This document shows, piece after piece, positions 37,115-46,787 of a stretch of DNA of 64,000 bases (the stretch's first letter is position 1; each line of letters opens with the position of its first letter). The notes beneath the pieces were generated by a model that saw only the letters and a program-made list of their open reading frames with translations, did not search any database and was not told where the DNA came from. The stretch covers positions 36,943 through 100,942 of IMG/VR virus record IMGVR_UViG_3300035675_000004, one strand, 5' to 3'. The position numbers and the translations under genes were made by a program. This DNA is from a virus.

Positions 37115-38073
37115 GAGACAGAGTAGTTGTTACAGGCTGTGCTGGGTTCATAGGATATTGGCTGTGTGATAGATTGTTGAGAGAAGAATATGATGTTATC
37201 GGTATAGACAATATCAACGACTATTATGATATGAACCTGAAGCAAGATAGATTGAAAAACTTGCGCAGACACAAGAGATTTTTGTTTGAGTATGGGGATG
37301 TGGCCAATACCGATCAGATTGAATATTTTTTCAGCCTGTATCATCCAGATATAATTTGTCACTTGGCCGCATATGCTGGTATACCGTATTCAGTATCTAA
37401 TCCCGGCGCATATGAGAGAGCAAACAGTTTGGGTTTTTTCAATATCATAGACGCTGCCCGTTCCCTGACCTTGAAAAACTTTGTATACGCTTCGAGCAGT
37501 AGTGTGTATAGTGATGATTTGCCGGGGCCGTGGAGTGAGACAATGAAACTTACCTTGCCCACTAATATGTATTCAGCGACAAAGAGATATAACGAGTTGG
37601 TAGCGGCTGTCTTTAGTAAGATATATTTTTTACCTTGCACGGGTCTCAGATTTTTCACGGTCTACGGCCCGATGGGAAGGCCGGATATGTCTATCTGGCT
37701 ATGGACGGATGCGATTTACAAGAATAGAGAGTTAACGATAAACAATAGGGGTGAAATGTGGCGGGATTATACTTACATCACGGACATAATCGACGGTGTT
37801 ATGGCGGCCATCAAAACACCACAACCATACGCCATTTACAATCTCGGCCGCGGGGAAACAGTGAAGATAGATGATGTGGTGACACTCATAGAAAAATATA
37901 CAGGAAGGAAGGCAAAGAAAAATTATGTAGATTTGCCTGCAGGTGAAACAGTTCATACCTTTTCAGATACATCATCGGCTCAAAAGGATTTGAAATATAA
38001 TCCAACCGTGAGCATCTCGGAAGGCGTGAAACATTTTATTGATTGGTATAAATCATATTACAAAGTGGGGTAA
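37111..38073 (+). CDS. NAD-dependent epimerase, UDP-glucuronate 4-epimerase-like
   Basis: TGCAGFIG, IDNINDYYD, ASSSSVY, YSATK, LRFFTVYGPMGRPDM. Confidence 0.9.
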   Translation: MRDRVVVTGCAGFIGYWLCDRLLREEYDVIGIDNINDYYDMNLKQDRLKNLRRHKRFLFEYGDVANTDQIEYFFSLYHPDIICHLAAYAGIPYSVSNPGAYERANSLGFFNIIDAARSLTLKNFVYASSSSVYSDDLPGPWSETMKLTLPTNMYSATKRYNELVAAVFSKIYFLPCTGLRFFTVYGPMGRPDMSIWLWTDAIYKNRELTINNRGEMWRDYTYITDIIDGVMAAIKTPQPYAIYNLGRGETVKIDDVVTLIEKYTGRKAKKNYVDLPAGETVHTFSDTSSAQKDLKYNPTVSISEGVKHFIDWYKSYYKVG

Positions 38074-38077
38074 CATT

Positions 38078-38365
38078 ATGGCATATACAATAACAAATTC
38101 AGGTAACACAACGGCGTGGAGTAGTAATACCGCGGCCTATTATTATTATCCAAATTCGACTACAGCAGCGCCGGCTGCAGAATGGCATTTTGCCGATGAA
38201 TATCAGCCAATAGCAGCGAATATTGAAGTAATTGATGAAGTTCAGCCAGAGCCCGCGGTCGAGGTCGCAATACGCCTTTATGGTAGATTTAGAATGGAAG
38301 AAATACCAAAGGTTGATCCAAATAAATTGCCTGACGAGCTTTTCATAATTGAGGAGGACGAATGA
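38078..38365 (+). CDS. Hypothetical protein
   Basis: ATG 38078; ATGA overlap with next gene. Confidence 0.55.
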   Translation: MAYTITNSGNTTAWSSNTAAYYYYPNSTTAAPAAEWHFADEYQPIAANIEVIDEVQPEPAVEVAIRLYGRFRMEEIPKVDPNKLPDELFIIEEDE

Positions 38366-38784
38366 AACCTATAAAAGAAACCAAGAGAGTAAGAAGATAT
38401 AAAGCTGGGTATGAAGTAAGAGATGAGCTGATGAACGGCAAGGAATTTGGTTGCCCGGATTTTGTGGTCAGAGCAGCATATACCATTCCTGCAGGACACT
38501 ACATCGGTGACCCCGGTATGGCAAGATTTCTCTGCAAGAAGATGGGCATCAAACCTATCTTGAATGGTAATGCAAATGTGTGTAGTATCGGATTTCAGGC
38601 CGAAGAAGAAAAATGGTATGGCTGGAGCCACAGGTGTATCTGTGGATTTGGTATCGGTGACAGGATATTTGAAGAAGATTATGGTGATGAGGACACGCCG
38701 TTTGTAGAGCATGGCAGTGAAGTGATAAAAACACTTGAGCAAGCCAAGAAAGCTGCTCAGAGATTTGCGGAGTATGTATCGTGA
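38362..38784 (+). CDS. Hypothetical phage protein
   Basis: GAGGAGG RBS; IGF..EEEKWYGWSHR motif. Confidence 0.7.
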   Translation: MKPIKETKRVRRYKAGYEVRDELMNGKEFGCPDFVVRAAYTIPAGHYIGDPGMARFLCKKMGIKPILNGNANVCSIGFQAEEEKWYGWSHRCICGFGIGDRIFEEDYGDEDTPFVEHGSEVIKTLEQAKKAAQRFAEYVS

Positions 38785-39083
38785 TTGATTATAAAAAAAT
38801 TGGTGAAGAAGTAGGACAGATTGTAAGTGATAAACAGCTGGCTTACGGTGATAGTTTTGGTAAGGCCGGTGAAGTATTGAGACTAATGTATCCAGAGGGC
38901 GTGAAACCTGATCAGTATATGGATATGTTAGCTGTGGTCAGAATTATTGACAAGCTTTTCAGGGTAGCAACCTATAAGGATGCCTACGGTGAAAGTCCAT
39001 TCAGTGATATTACTGGATATGGTCTGCTCGGACTTGCCAATCATCTAAAAGCAAGAAGAAAAAAAGACGGTCTTGATAAGTGA
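38781..39083 (+). CDS. Nucleotide-modification-associated (DUF1599/MazG-like) protein
   Basis: KQLAYGDSF...VRIIDKLFR...ESPFSDITGYGLL. Confidence 0.65.
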   Translation: MIDYKKIGEEVGQIVSDKQLAYGDSFGKAGEVLRLMYPEGVKPDQYMDMLAVVRIIDKLFRVATYKDAYGESPFSDITGYGLLGLANHLKARRKKDGLDK

Positions 39084-41284
39084 AACTTGAAATCAAAAGT
39101 ATAAAATTCAGGAATTTCTTTTCTTACGGAAAAATATTACAGGAAGTTGATTTCACGCCGGGTCTCAATCTGATACTCGGCAACGATGTGACCAAAGACA
39201 GAAGTAATGCTGTAGGGAAGTCAGGTTTTCTTGAGACCATTCCCTTTGCTTTATTTGGTAAGGTCAATAGAAATGTAAGGAAAGAAGCCATCATAAACTG
39301 GAAGAACAGAAAAAACTGTGAGGTCTATCTGGAATTTTCCAAAGGTGGAATAGAGTTTGCCATCCATCGTGGATTACGGCCAGATTTTCTAAAGGTGTAT
39401 AAGAATGGCAGACTACTGCCCACACCGTCACACAAGATAGATTATCAGAGAGAGATAGAAGAAGAAATCATCGGTATGGATTTCAAATCTTTTATCTCTC
39501 TGATTTATTCCAACCCGAATAGCTCACAGCCAATTCTTGGTATGACTGCTGACAAGAAACGAAAGTTTATTGAGACTGTTTTTGGTTTGGAATTATTTAC
39601 CTTGTTGAATAACAAGTGTAATGAGAAAATGAAATTGGCTTCTGACAAGATGTTTACTTTCAAGACAAAGAAAGAATATCTCGACAAGAACATCGAGGAC
39701 AGGGAAAAATATATCGCTGGTATCAAAGCACAGTTGAAGAATATGGCCTCTGTAGAGGACGAGTTAGTAGAGACTAAAAAGGAATATAATAAAGTCAAGA
39801 ATGAAAACAGAAATTTACAATATGATGCAAATGTAAAAAAACTGATAGAGAAATCCAATGAATTGAGAAAACTTACAAGAGAGCACGGTGATATTGAAGC
39901 CGACATAAAAATGACGGAAAAGGATATATCACTGGTAAACAGGCAGATTGAGGCTATCGGGGATTTGCGTGAAGATCAGAATATGAAATCCGAAATTTCA
40001 AGGTTGTATAAAGAATTGATAACCAAGCACGGAGAGCCCGAGGCGATAGACAAGACAATAGAAAAGCTGACAGCTGAGAATAAGGACATAAACATTTCAC
40101 TGGATATGAACAGAAAAATTCTTGACGAGATAACAGAAAAGATTGGAAAGGAAACAGCGAATATATCTTCGACCAGTGTGAGCCTTGAGGCATTGATGGG
40201 AATGACAGAATGCCCTACCTGTGGAACCATCATCAATCCAGAGAAAGTGTCGAAGGATATGGAAGTCAAATCTAAAGAAGCCAGAAAAAGACTTTCAGCA
40301 CTGGAAAAGAAAAAGAAAGAGGCAGAAGCTCTGATGAGAGAGCTCAAGGATAAGAGAGCAGAGAACGATGAACAAAGCAGAGTTCTTATGGATGGTAAGG
40401 TTGAAATCATAACATTGGGGTCAAGGATTGCCTCATATAAACATCTTGGTGAGGCAGCCGAGAAACAGAAAGAGCTCAGGAAAGAATTGAAAGACCTGAA
40501 TAAAATTCTTGAGGGAAAGAATAAAGATTACGCAAAAGTAAAAAAATGTATACAGAAATGCGAAAAGGAAATTGGAACACTAAACGAGTTGATAGCTGCG
40601 GCCAAAGAGGTTTCTGAAAAGTTGACGAAGTTATCGGACAAACTGGCTCTACTGAAAGAGAAGCAGAAGTATGAGAAAGAGTCCCGGAACAGATTGACAG
40701 GTCTTATCAAGGATAGCGAGGAAAAGATAAAGGGTTATCTGTCAGAAAAAACAGAGCTGAACCTGCAGATATCAAAAATCTCGAATGTCAGTGACTATCT
40801 GGATTACATAAAAATTATCTGTAAGGATGATAATGTCAAACAATATGCTATCAGTTCTATTATGCCATATTTGAACAGCAGGGTCAACCACTATCTGTCA
40901 GAAGTTGGTCACAGTTTTTATATCGAGTTCAATAATTTTCTTGACGAAGTAATCAGGGGCCCCGGTATGGCTGATTGTGTTTATGGAAGTCTGTCAGGTG
41001 GCGAAAGCAAGAGCGTTGACTTTGCCCTTCAAATGGCTCTACTGGATATTGCCCGCATACAGGCCGGGGTATTTCCAGATGTATTGTTGTTAGATGAAAT
41101 CCTTGACAGCTCGGTTGACAGTTATGGCCTTGAGAAAATTATGGGTATTGTAAAGTTAAAACAGAGAGAAGATGAGAGCAAAACATTTCTTGTCAGCCAT
41201 AGAAAAGAAGTAAGTGATATAGATGTTGATAGATGTTATCTCATCGAAAAAAAGGACGGTTTCAGTTATGTTCGTTTACAGTAA
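39080..41284 (+). CDS. gp46: Recombination endonuclease ATPase subunit (Rad50/SbcC-like)
   Basis: FRNFFSYG, SNAVGKS, zinc hook CPTCG, SLSGGE, LLLDEILDS, LVSH. Confidence 0.95.
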   Translation: MKLEIKSIKFRNFFSYGKILQEVDFTPGLNLILGNDVTKDRSNAVGKSGFLETIPFALFGKVNRNVRKEAIINWKNRKNCEVYLEFSKGGIEFAIHRGLRPDFLKVYKNGRLLPTPSHKIDYQREIEEEIIGMDFKSFISLIYSNPNSSQPILGMTADKKRKFIETVFGLELFTLLNNKCNEKMKLASDKMFTFKTKKEYLDKNIEDREKYIAGIKAQLKNMASVEDELVETKKEYNKVKNENRNLQYDANVKKLIEKSNELRKLTREHGDIEADIKMTEKDISLVNRQIEAIGDLREDQNMKSEISRLYKELITKHGEPEAIDKTIEKLTAENKDINISLDMNRKILDEITEKIGKETANISSTSVSLEALMGMTECPTCGTIINPEKVSKDMEVKSKEARKRLSALEKKKKEAEALMRELKDKRAENDEQSRVLMDGKVEIITLGSRIASYKHLGEAAEKQKELRKELKDLNKILEGKNKDYAKVKKCIQKCEKEIGTLNELIAAAKEVSEKLTKLSDKLALLKEKQKYEKESRNRLTGLIKDSEEKIKGYLSEKTELNLQISKISNVSDYLDYIKIICKDDNVKQYAISSIMPYLNSRVNHYLSEVGHSFYIEFNNFLDEVIRGPGMADCVYGSLSGGESKSVDFALQMALLDIARIQAGVFPDVLLLDEILDSSVDSYGLEKIMGIVKLKQREDESKTFLVSHRKEVSDIDVDRCYLIEKKDGFSYVRLQ

Positions 41285-41301
41285 TAGAGGAGTGTGATAT
41301 A

Positions 41302-41517
41302 ATGGCATTTGATGATATAATTTGGCATAAAAGGACGAGAACAAAAATTGCGTACATCTGTAATTGCAGGTTGTGCGGATATACGAAATCTTGTGACGAG
41401 TATGAATTTGCGAGAGATTATCTTGTTACACACTTATTATTAGACCATAAGGTGAATACTGCAGATGATGCTGATTTATGTATTACGAGAGAAATAACAG
41501 AGGAGACTATAGAATGA
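41302..41517 (+). CDS. Small C2H2-type zinc-finger-like protein
   Basis: CRLCG...LVTHLLLDH; GAGGAG RBS. Confidence 0.6.
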   Translation: MAFDDIIWHKRTRTKIAYICNCRLCGYTKSCDEYEFARDYLVTHLLLDHKVNTADDADLCITREITEETIE

Positions 41518-42641
41518 GCAAAACTTTCTTTGATGAATTACATAAGAGGATTGCAAAAAATGTGAAGGGTGTCCATCACTCTATTATGTCGCAGAGCGAT
41601 ATCGCTACCATCACCGATTGGATAAAAACGCCGTCGTTGGATTTGAACAGGATATTGTCAGGCGATGTTCATAAAGGAATACCGAATAGGGCATTGGTCG
41701 GCATCGTCGGCCCGGAGCATACGATGAAGTCCAGCTTTATGATTATCTGTATGGCCGAGGCACAGAAGCAGGGATATCTGCCTGTCATTATTGATACGGA
41801 GAGGGGCGTTGATACAGAGTTTAGCAAGAGATGGGGTCTGGATGTAGATAATGCCCAATATTCGTATACACCGTGGACACAGGAAATTAAAGCAATTCTG
41901 GCCCAGATAAAAGATACAGGTCAGAAGAAATTGATTATCGGTATTGACAGTGCCGGTGGTATTGACAGATACAAGTCCTATACAGATAGTCTCGGAGGCG
42001 ATTTGAAGGCCGATCAGGGTCTATTACAGAAAGAACTCAGGTCAATCCTCAGACTATTCTTGAACATCTGTATTGAACAGGAAAGCATTGGTATCGTAAC
42101 AGGTCATCTTTATGGTTCACCAAGTCCTGTTCCTATGCCTGATCAGGTTGGCGGCGGGAAGGCGATGAGACTGTTTCCTACTATTCTTATCAATCTGAAA
42201 AAGGAACATATCAAAAATTCCAAGAAAGAAATTATCGGCACGAAAATCACGGCCACAACCTTGAAGAACAGGGTATACCCACCATATCAGGTTGCTGCAG
42301 TGGATATTGATTACAGGAAGGGCATAAATCCTTACGCTGGTCTTATTGATGTTCTGGAAGAAGCCGGTATAGTTAAACTCGACGGTAATACATACTATAC
42401 AAAAGAGGATATAAAGTTGGGAGTGAGCTATGACAAGGCCACAGCAGCCATATCGGAACATCCAGAATTGTTAGATGATCTCAATGTGTGGTTGAAAACA
42501 ACTGGTTATTCATCCACTGACAATGCAGTAAAAGAAATGGAAGAAATGATAGTGCCCGATGATGAAGAAGATGAGGTAGAGGAGCCCAGAACCAATGGGA
42601 AAAGGAATAACGGAAAAAAGAACGGCAAGAAAAAGAGATAA
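41514..42641 (+). CDS. uvsX: RecA-like recombinase
   Basis: TPSLDLNRILSG, GPEHTMKS, IDTE, IDS, GGG, KNR; acidic/basic tail. Confidence 0.9.
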   Translation: MSKTFFDELHKRIAKNVKGVHHSIMSQSDIATITDWIKTPSLDLNRILSGDVHKGIPNRALVGIVGPEHTMKSSFMIICMAEAQKQGYLPVIIDTERGVDTEFSKRWGLDVDNAQYSYTPWTQEIKAILAQIKDTGQKKLIIGIDSAGGIDRYKSYTDSLGGDLKADQGLLQKELRSILRLFLNICIEQESIGIVTGHLYGSPSPVPMPDQVGGGKAMRLFPTILINLKKEHIKNSKKEIIGTKITATTLKNRVYPPYQVAAVDIDYRKGINPYAGLIDVLEEAGIVKLDGNTYYTKEDIKLGVSYDKATAAISEHPELLDDLNVWLKTTGYSSTDNAVKEMEEMIVPDDEEDEVEEPRTNGKRNNGKKNGKKKR

Positions 42642-42696
42642 AGTCTATAGAAGGATAAGAAAATTAGCCAAAATCAAGCCGGGAAGGGGCAATAAA

Positions 42697-42708
42697 GATA
42701 AATAAATA
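42697..42708 (+). promoter_or_regulatory. Late-type promoter (GATAAATA/AATAAATA)
   Basis: Overlapping ATAAATA copies in an intergenic region. Confidence 0.55.
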
Positions 42709-42737
42709 TATACAAACTTTATTTGCGGAGAGATACT

Positions 42738-43058
42738 ATGTCAGATAAAATGAGAAGGGCCGTTGAATTTGGACAAATTGACGAGAATACAGTAGGTCAA
42801 GGCCTCACTGTTATGGAAAACCAGATTTCCAAATTTGAGGACGAGTTGGAGTATGTAATAAGAGAAAAGAGCAGGGAATTAAAAACTCTTTTCGAGAAGC
42901 AACTGGGCATTCTCAAGGGCCAGATGAATGAGGCGGAGTTCAAGTATTTTCTCACGACCTTCAAGAAAAGGACAGAGGCCAATCTAAAACAATACCGTCA
43001 CGGCGTCGGCTATTCGGTGTTACAGGTATTGGAAGAATATAAAACAGGGAGGAAATGA
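42738..43058 (+). CDS. Hypothetical helical protein
   Basis: GGAG RBS, ATG 42738. Confidence 0.65.
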   Translation: MSDKMRRAVEFGQIDENTVGQGLTVMENQISKFEDELEYVIREKSRELKTLFEKQLGILKGQMNEAEFKYFLTTFKKRTEANLKQYRHGVGYSVLQVLEEYKTGRK

Positions 43059-43059
43059 A

Positions 43060-43134
43060 ATGGGAAAGAAAGGTAAAAAGACAACGAAAGTAGAAAAACA
43101 AAAGAAAGGTGGAAAGAAAAAAGGAAAGAAATAA
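43060..43134 (+). CDS. Lysine-rich 24-aa peptide (not in ORF track)
   Basis: MGKKGKKTTKVEKQKKGGKKKGKK; GGGAGG RBS; TAATG overlap with next gene. Confidence 0.55.
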   Translation: MGKKGKKTTKVEKQKKGGKKKGKK

Positions 43135-43346
43135 TGTTACTAAGAACATTTTTAGAAATGCCGGACAATGGGCCGGAAAGAATTGCCCTCGGTGAGTTTT
43201 TTATTGAAGGTAGCCGACTGAAAGGCCAAAAGGACACAAAAAAGATTGGCGATCGGATTGTCTATTTCAAGATTATAAGAATTTATAACGACGGTAGAAA
43301 TTACGAATACGAACAAGTATTCGATGTATTAGAGGAGGAAAAGTAG
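43134..43346 (+). CDS. Hypothetical protein (leader MLLRTFLE)
   Basis: 70-aa ORF. Confidence 0.6.
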   Translation: MLLRTFLEMPDNGPERIALGEFFIEGSRLKGQKDTKKIGDRIVYFKIIRIYNDGRNYEYEQVFDVLEEEK

Positions 43347-43347
43347 T

Positions 43348-43692
43348 ATGGGAAAACCAAGACAGTTGTGTGTGTTTAGAATTGATTACGAGAAAATCCC
43401 TTCAATGTCAAGTTGGACGGCATTTATCGCAGCCTATTCGCACGAAGAAGCGGTCGCTTACCTACTAAGAAAAGTGGGGCCACATAGGGCAACAACATCA
43501 GGTCTCTATTGTAGAGTAGACGCATTTGATGATACAGTATTGAAAGATATTTACAATGCTGTAAAGTCTCGCGTGGATGTGAAAGCACCGGCCGCAGAAG
43601 AAAAAGTAGGTACGGAGCTTCGTCCGTCAGAATTTGAGGAGCCAAGACCTTTAGCAATAGAGGTTCCCAAGAAGCCCCTAAAAAGAAAATAG
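43348..43692 (+). CDS. Hypothetical protein
   Basis: GAGGAGG RBS. Confidence 0.65.
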   Translation: MGKPRQLCVFRIDYEKIPSMSSWTAFIAAYSHEEAVAYLLRKVGPHRATTSGLYCRVDAFDDTVLKDIYNAVKSRVDVKAPAAEEKVGTELRPSEFEEPRPLAIEVPKKPLKRK

Positions 43693-43696
43693 GATA

Positions 43697-43725
43697 TTGA
43701 CAATCGTATCATTTTTTGATACAAT
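43697..43725 (+). promoter_or_regulatory. Near-consensus sigma70 promoter
   Basis: TTGACA, 17-nt spacer, TG-A-TACAAT. Confidence 0.8.
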
Positions 43726-43775
43726 TAAGATGTCTATTCGTATCATCAAAATAAAAATGGTGGTGTACAACCTGT

Positions 43776-44669
43776 ATGAGATTGCTTACATTTAATGTAA
43801 ATGACAGTTTAGTAGAAGCACTATCCAAAGAACACGATATAACAAATCTCCAACCGGAATTAGGAAATTTTCCAGTTGGGGATGTTCTTTTGATGGATTA
43901 TCTTCCAAAAATTCCTATCAATCAGATTGGAGCAACAGCTCTAAGAGCACGACAAGCCGAAATCCTCAAACACTATTCCAATAAGAAACTGCCTACCATC
44001 CTATACGACAAGTTTGTTTCTATCACTCAGGAAGAAATCAACTGGTTGAGAAAAACGAACAGGGATGGTCTGTTTATGATAGACCCGACATTGCGCCACA
44101 GAATGGGTGCAATCTATCTTCCTGTATGGGTGAAGATGAGGGAATTGAATGACATCAAATATGATGTTCACGAAAGAAGTATTTTTCTGGGCTACAAAGG
44201 CAGGATGGACACCAAGATAAAAACTTTCGAGAAATATAATGTCGAGTTTGGCAAAAACTATCCGACAATGGTTAACAAGTATGAAGCCGTAATCCCCAAA
44301 GAAAAGCAGGATGAGTATATCAATAGTAATGTGTATTACGATCCGACGATAACATATAATGATATACAGCTTGTAATCGCTCTCGGCACGAATAAGGATT
44401 ATGACAATGGATATCTTGACCCCGAAATATTTGAGGCCCTCTACAATAATGTTATTGTGTTATTGCCGGTAGAGCACAAGTATTTTCACTCGATGTTTGC
44501 GGACACAGTTATAAAGTCCTTCAAGGACATTTATTTTTATAACATTTATTACATAACTTATGTGGGCTTCATCCTTGAAGTTTATAAGAGGATTGAAGCC
44601 TATTTTCCAGAGTTTAAATTTAACAATACACTGGATGTTTACAGGTATTTATTAGGGAGCATAAAATGA
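43776..44669 (+). CDS. GT-B glycosyltransferase-like protein (resembles DNA beta-glucosyltransferase/CgeB C-terminus)
   Basis: LGYKGR and VIALGTNKDYDNGYLDPEIFEALYNNVIVLLP resemble the BGT/CgeB C-terminal signature. Confidence 0.5.
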   Translation: MRLLTFNVNDSLVEALSKEHDITNLQPELGNFPVGDVLLMDYLPKIPINQIGATALRARQAEILKHYSNKKLPTILYDKFVSITQEEINWLRKTNRDGLFMIDPTLRHRMGAIYLPVWVKMRELNDIKYDVHERSIFLGYKGRMDTKIKTFEKYNVEFGKNYPTMVNKYEAVIPKEKQDEYINSNVYYDPTITYNDIQLVIALGTNKDYDNGYLDPEIFEALYNNVIVLLPVEHKYFHSMFADTVIKSFKDIYFYNIYYITYVGFILEVYKRIEAYFPEFKFNNTLDVYRYLLGSIK

Positions 44670-45499
44670 AAAATTATAAAGAATTGGAAGAATTTAAGGA
44701 CATACTCGACAAGTTTGAGAGAGATCTTTTTGCACCGGAAGAAGAAAAATCGGTAGTGGTTTTTATCCTTGACAAATCCGGCTCGATGATGTGGATGAAA
44801 GACAAGGCCATCGAGATGTTCAACGAACAGTTGAGAGTTATACAGACAGAGACAAAAGTAAACACAAAGGGATGCCTTGTTACCTTCAATGACAAGGTTG
44901 ACTTTGATATCTGGATGGAAGATTATAAAGGTATCCCTGTTCTCACAGGAGATAAGTATCAGCCCAATGGAAGCACCGCTTTGTATGATGCTATCGGACA
45001 CAGCATTTGTCTTTTGAAAGAAGGAATGAATACGGATGACCCGAAGCTTACCATTCTGTTTGTCATTGTAACAGATGGCGAAGAAAATTTCTCAAAAGAA
45101 TTTAAACAAGAAATGATATTGAAGTTGACAGAGGATCTTCAATTAACCGGCAGATGGACATTCGTTTTCACTGGCTGTTCCGAAACACTCTTGAAGGATG
45201 CCAAGGTTATGGGATTAAGGGGTGCAAATGTGTATCACTATGCGGCCAGCGCTGTTGGTTATCAGCAGGGTACGCAGACACTCACTTCTGGAATGTCCAA
45301 TTATGTGAATATGAGAAATGAGGGTGCATGGAAAGTCCAGAACCACGGCTTTTACGAGCCAATTACAAAGACTCCGGATCAGCCAGATGTAGTAGTCACG
45401 GTAACAGATGCAGAGGAACGCAGAAAATTTTTTGATCAATTATCAATATCACCCGAAGGAAAAACCGAGGACGATAAATGGAAAGAAAAAAAGGAATAA
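44666..45499 (+). CDS. vWA-domain protein
   Basis: ILDKSGSM MIDAS, TALYDAIG, IVTDGEEN. Confidence 0.9.
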   Translation: MKNYKELEEFKDILDKFERDLFAPEEEKSVVVFILDKSGSMMWMKDKAIEMFNEQLRVIQTETKVNTKGCLVTFNDKVDFDIWMEDYKGIPVLTGDKYQPNGSTALYDAIGHSICLLKEGMNTDDPKLTILFVIVTDGEENFSKEFKQEMILKLTEDLQLTGRWTFVFTGCSETLLKDAKVMGLRGANVYHYAASAVGYQQGTQTLTSGMSNYVNMRNEGAWKVQNHGFYEPITKTPDQPDVVVTVTDAEERRKFFDQLSISPEGKTEDDKWKEKKE

Positions 45500-45501
45500 A
45501 T

Positions 45502-45810
45502 ATGTCGAAGAAAATGGATATCACGATCACGAAGGCCGTGACGATCAACACAGGTAACTTCGGAAATGTAAGACCCGAAGTTACCCTTACCATCAAAGAT
45601 GTTGATGTAGAAAATGTGGAGCAGGAAACGAAAGAATTGAATGATTTTGCAACTGCACTATTCCATCTCAATACATTATCACTGCTCGGCGAAGTGAAAA
45701 AAGCCGATGGTGAAGGTATCAGGGAATATATCAGGTCTTTGATTGAGAAAACAGAAGAATTTGAAAAGACCATAGAAAAGTATCAAGAAGATCGCAAGTG
45801 GAGAGTATAG
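45502..45810 (+). CDS. Hypothetical protein
   Basis: TINTGNFGNVR motif; AAGGA RBS. Confidence 0.65.
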   Translation: MSKKMDITITKAVTINTGNFGNVRPEVTLTIKDVDVENVEQETKELNDFATALFHLNTLSLLGEVKKADGEGIREYIRSLIEKTEEFEKTIEKYQEDRKWRV

Positions 45811-45811
45811 T

Positions 45812-46237
45812 ATGGAAAAAGGATTGTCAATCTCACGGAAAGTGTTCAAAGAGGCGATGATGCCAGCAGCAGGCACTGTTATCAATGATATATATGTGGT
45901 GTCATACACTCATTATGGTAAATTTAGATTTACGGCCAGAGTGAAACCTGATATAGAGAGGCCTCCTATCGGAGATAAGATAGAATGGCAGAGTAAATTA
46001 TATGAAGTGACATATTATCCTTCCGATAAAACCTTTTCGGGTGAGTTTCGCGGCTTCATCGAAAATCCAGCAGCCGCTGATGTGACAGAGGAAATCAAGA
46101 ATGTTGAAAATATTGAGACAGGACAAGAACCCACAGATTTTGGCGGTGTCACCACTCTGGACGGCCCACCAGATATTTCCGCAGACGAAGATAGCCCTAC
46201 AGAGGAACACGGTTCCGATTGTGTGGATAAGCTTTGA
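45812..46237 (+). CDS. Hypothetical protein with acidic tail
   Basis: GGAG RBS; 3' end overlaps next gene by 137 nt. Confidence 0.6.
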   Translation: MEKGLSISRKVFKEAMMPAAGTVINDIYVVSYTHYGKFRFTARVKPDIERPPIGDKIEWQSKLYEVTYYPSDKTFSGEFRGFIENPAAADVTEEIKNVENIETGQEPTDFGGVTTLDGPPDISADEDSPTEEHGSDCVDKL

Positions 46238-46769
46238 AAGTGCGGCGAAGCATGCAGCTAACGTTCAAGCGGGTCTTGACGCATACAAAGAAAAATATAA
46301 AACCTTCCCACCTTACATCCAGATACTCGACAGGGATATAATCCTTGGCAGAAACTATCTTGACAAGATGTTAGCTACTCTCCAACGAGCTCGGTCTCGG
46401 GTTGACACTAAGATAGGATTTGCTTATTCTCCCTTTGAGTATAAGGGATTTATCAATGCAAAGTTTCCTCCACTACCATACAATATAAAAGCCCTGTCAC
46501 AGATGAATTACATTTCTTCTAACAGCCTTTATGTATCAAGTGTAGTCGAGGAAGTTGGCGGATTTGTAACCGAAGAAAAATATCACCGTTTGTCAGATTG
46601 GGCGATGTGGTTGAAGATGTATAGATTTGGTTACACAGGTGAGCTCTGTCCGAATACGGCCTTCATTGCTGTTTCATCACAAGGCGACATTTCTGCAGGA
46701 AGTCACGAAGAATTTGTCACGACGAGAAATCTTATCATTGAGGATTTCGTCAAGCCTCTATCATTATAA
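46101..46769 (+). CDS. GT-A (GT2-like) glycosyltransferase
   Basis: YIQILDRD (DxD), NYISSNSL, VGGF, LSDWAMWL. Confidence 0.8.
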   Translation: MLKILRQDKNPQILAVSPLWTAHQIFPQTKIALQRNTVPIVWISFESAAKHAANVQAGLDAYKEKYKTFPPYIQILDRDIILGRNYLDKMLATLQRARSRVDTKIGFAYSPFEYKGFINAKFPPLPYNIKALSQMNYISSNSLYVSSVVEEVGGFVTEEKYHRLSDWAMWLKMYRFGYTGELCPNTAFIAVSSQGDISAGSHEEFVTTRNLIIEDFVKPLSL

Positions 46770-46772
46770 ATA
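46765..46772 (+). promoter_or_regulatory. T4-type late promoter
   Basis: Exact TATAAATA upstream of the methyltransferase. Confidence 0.75.
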
Positions 46773-46787
46773 CGATAGAGGGCCAAA

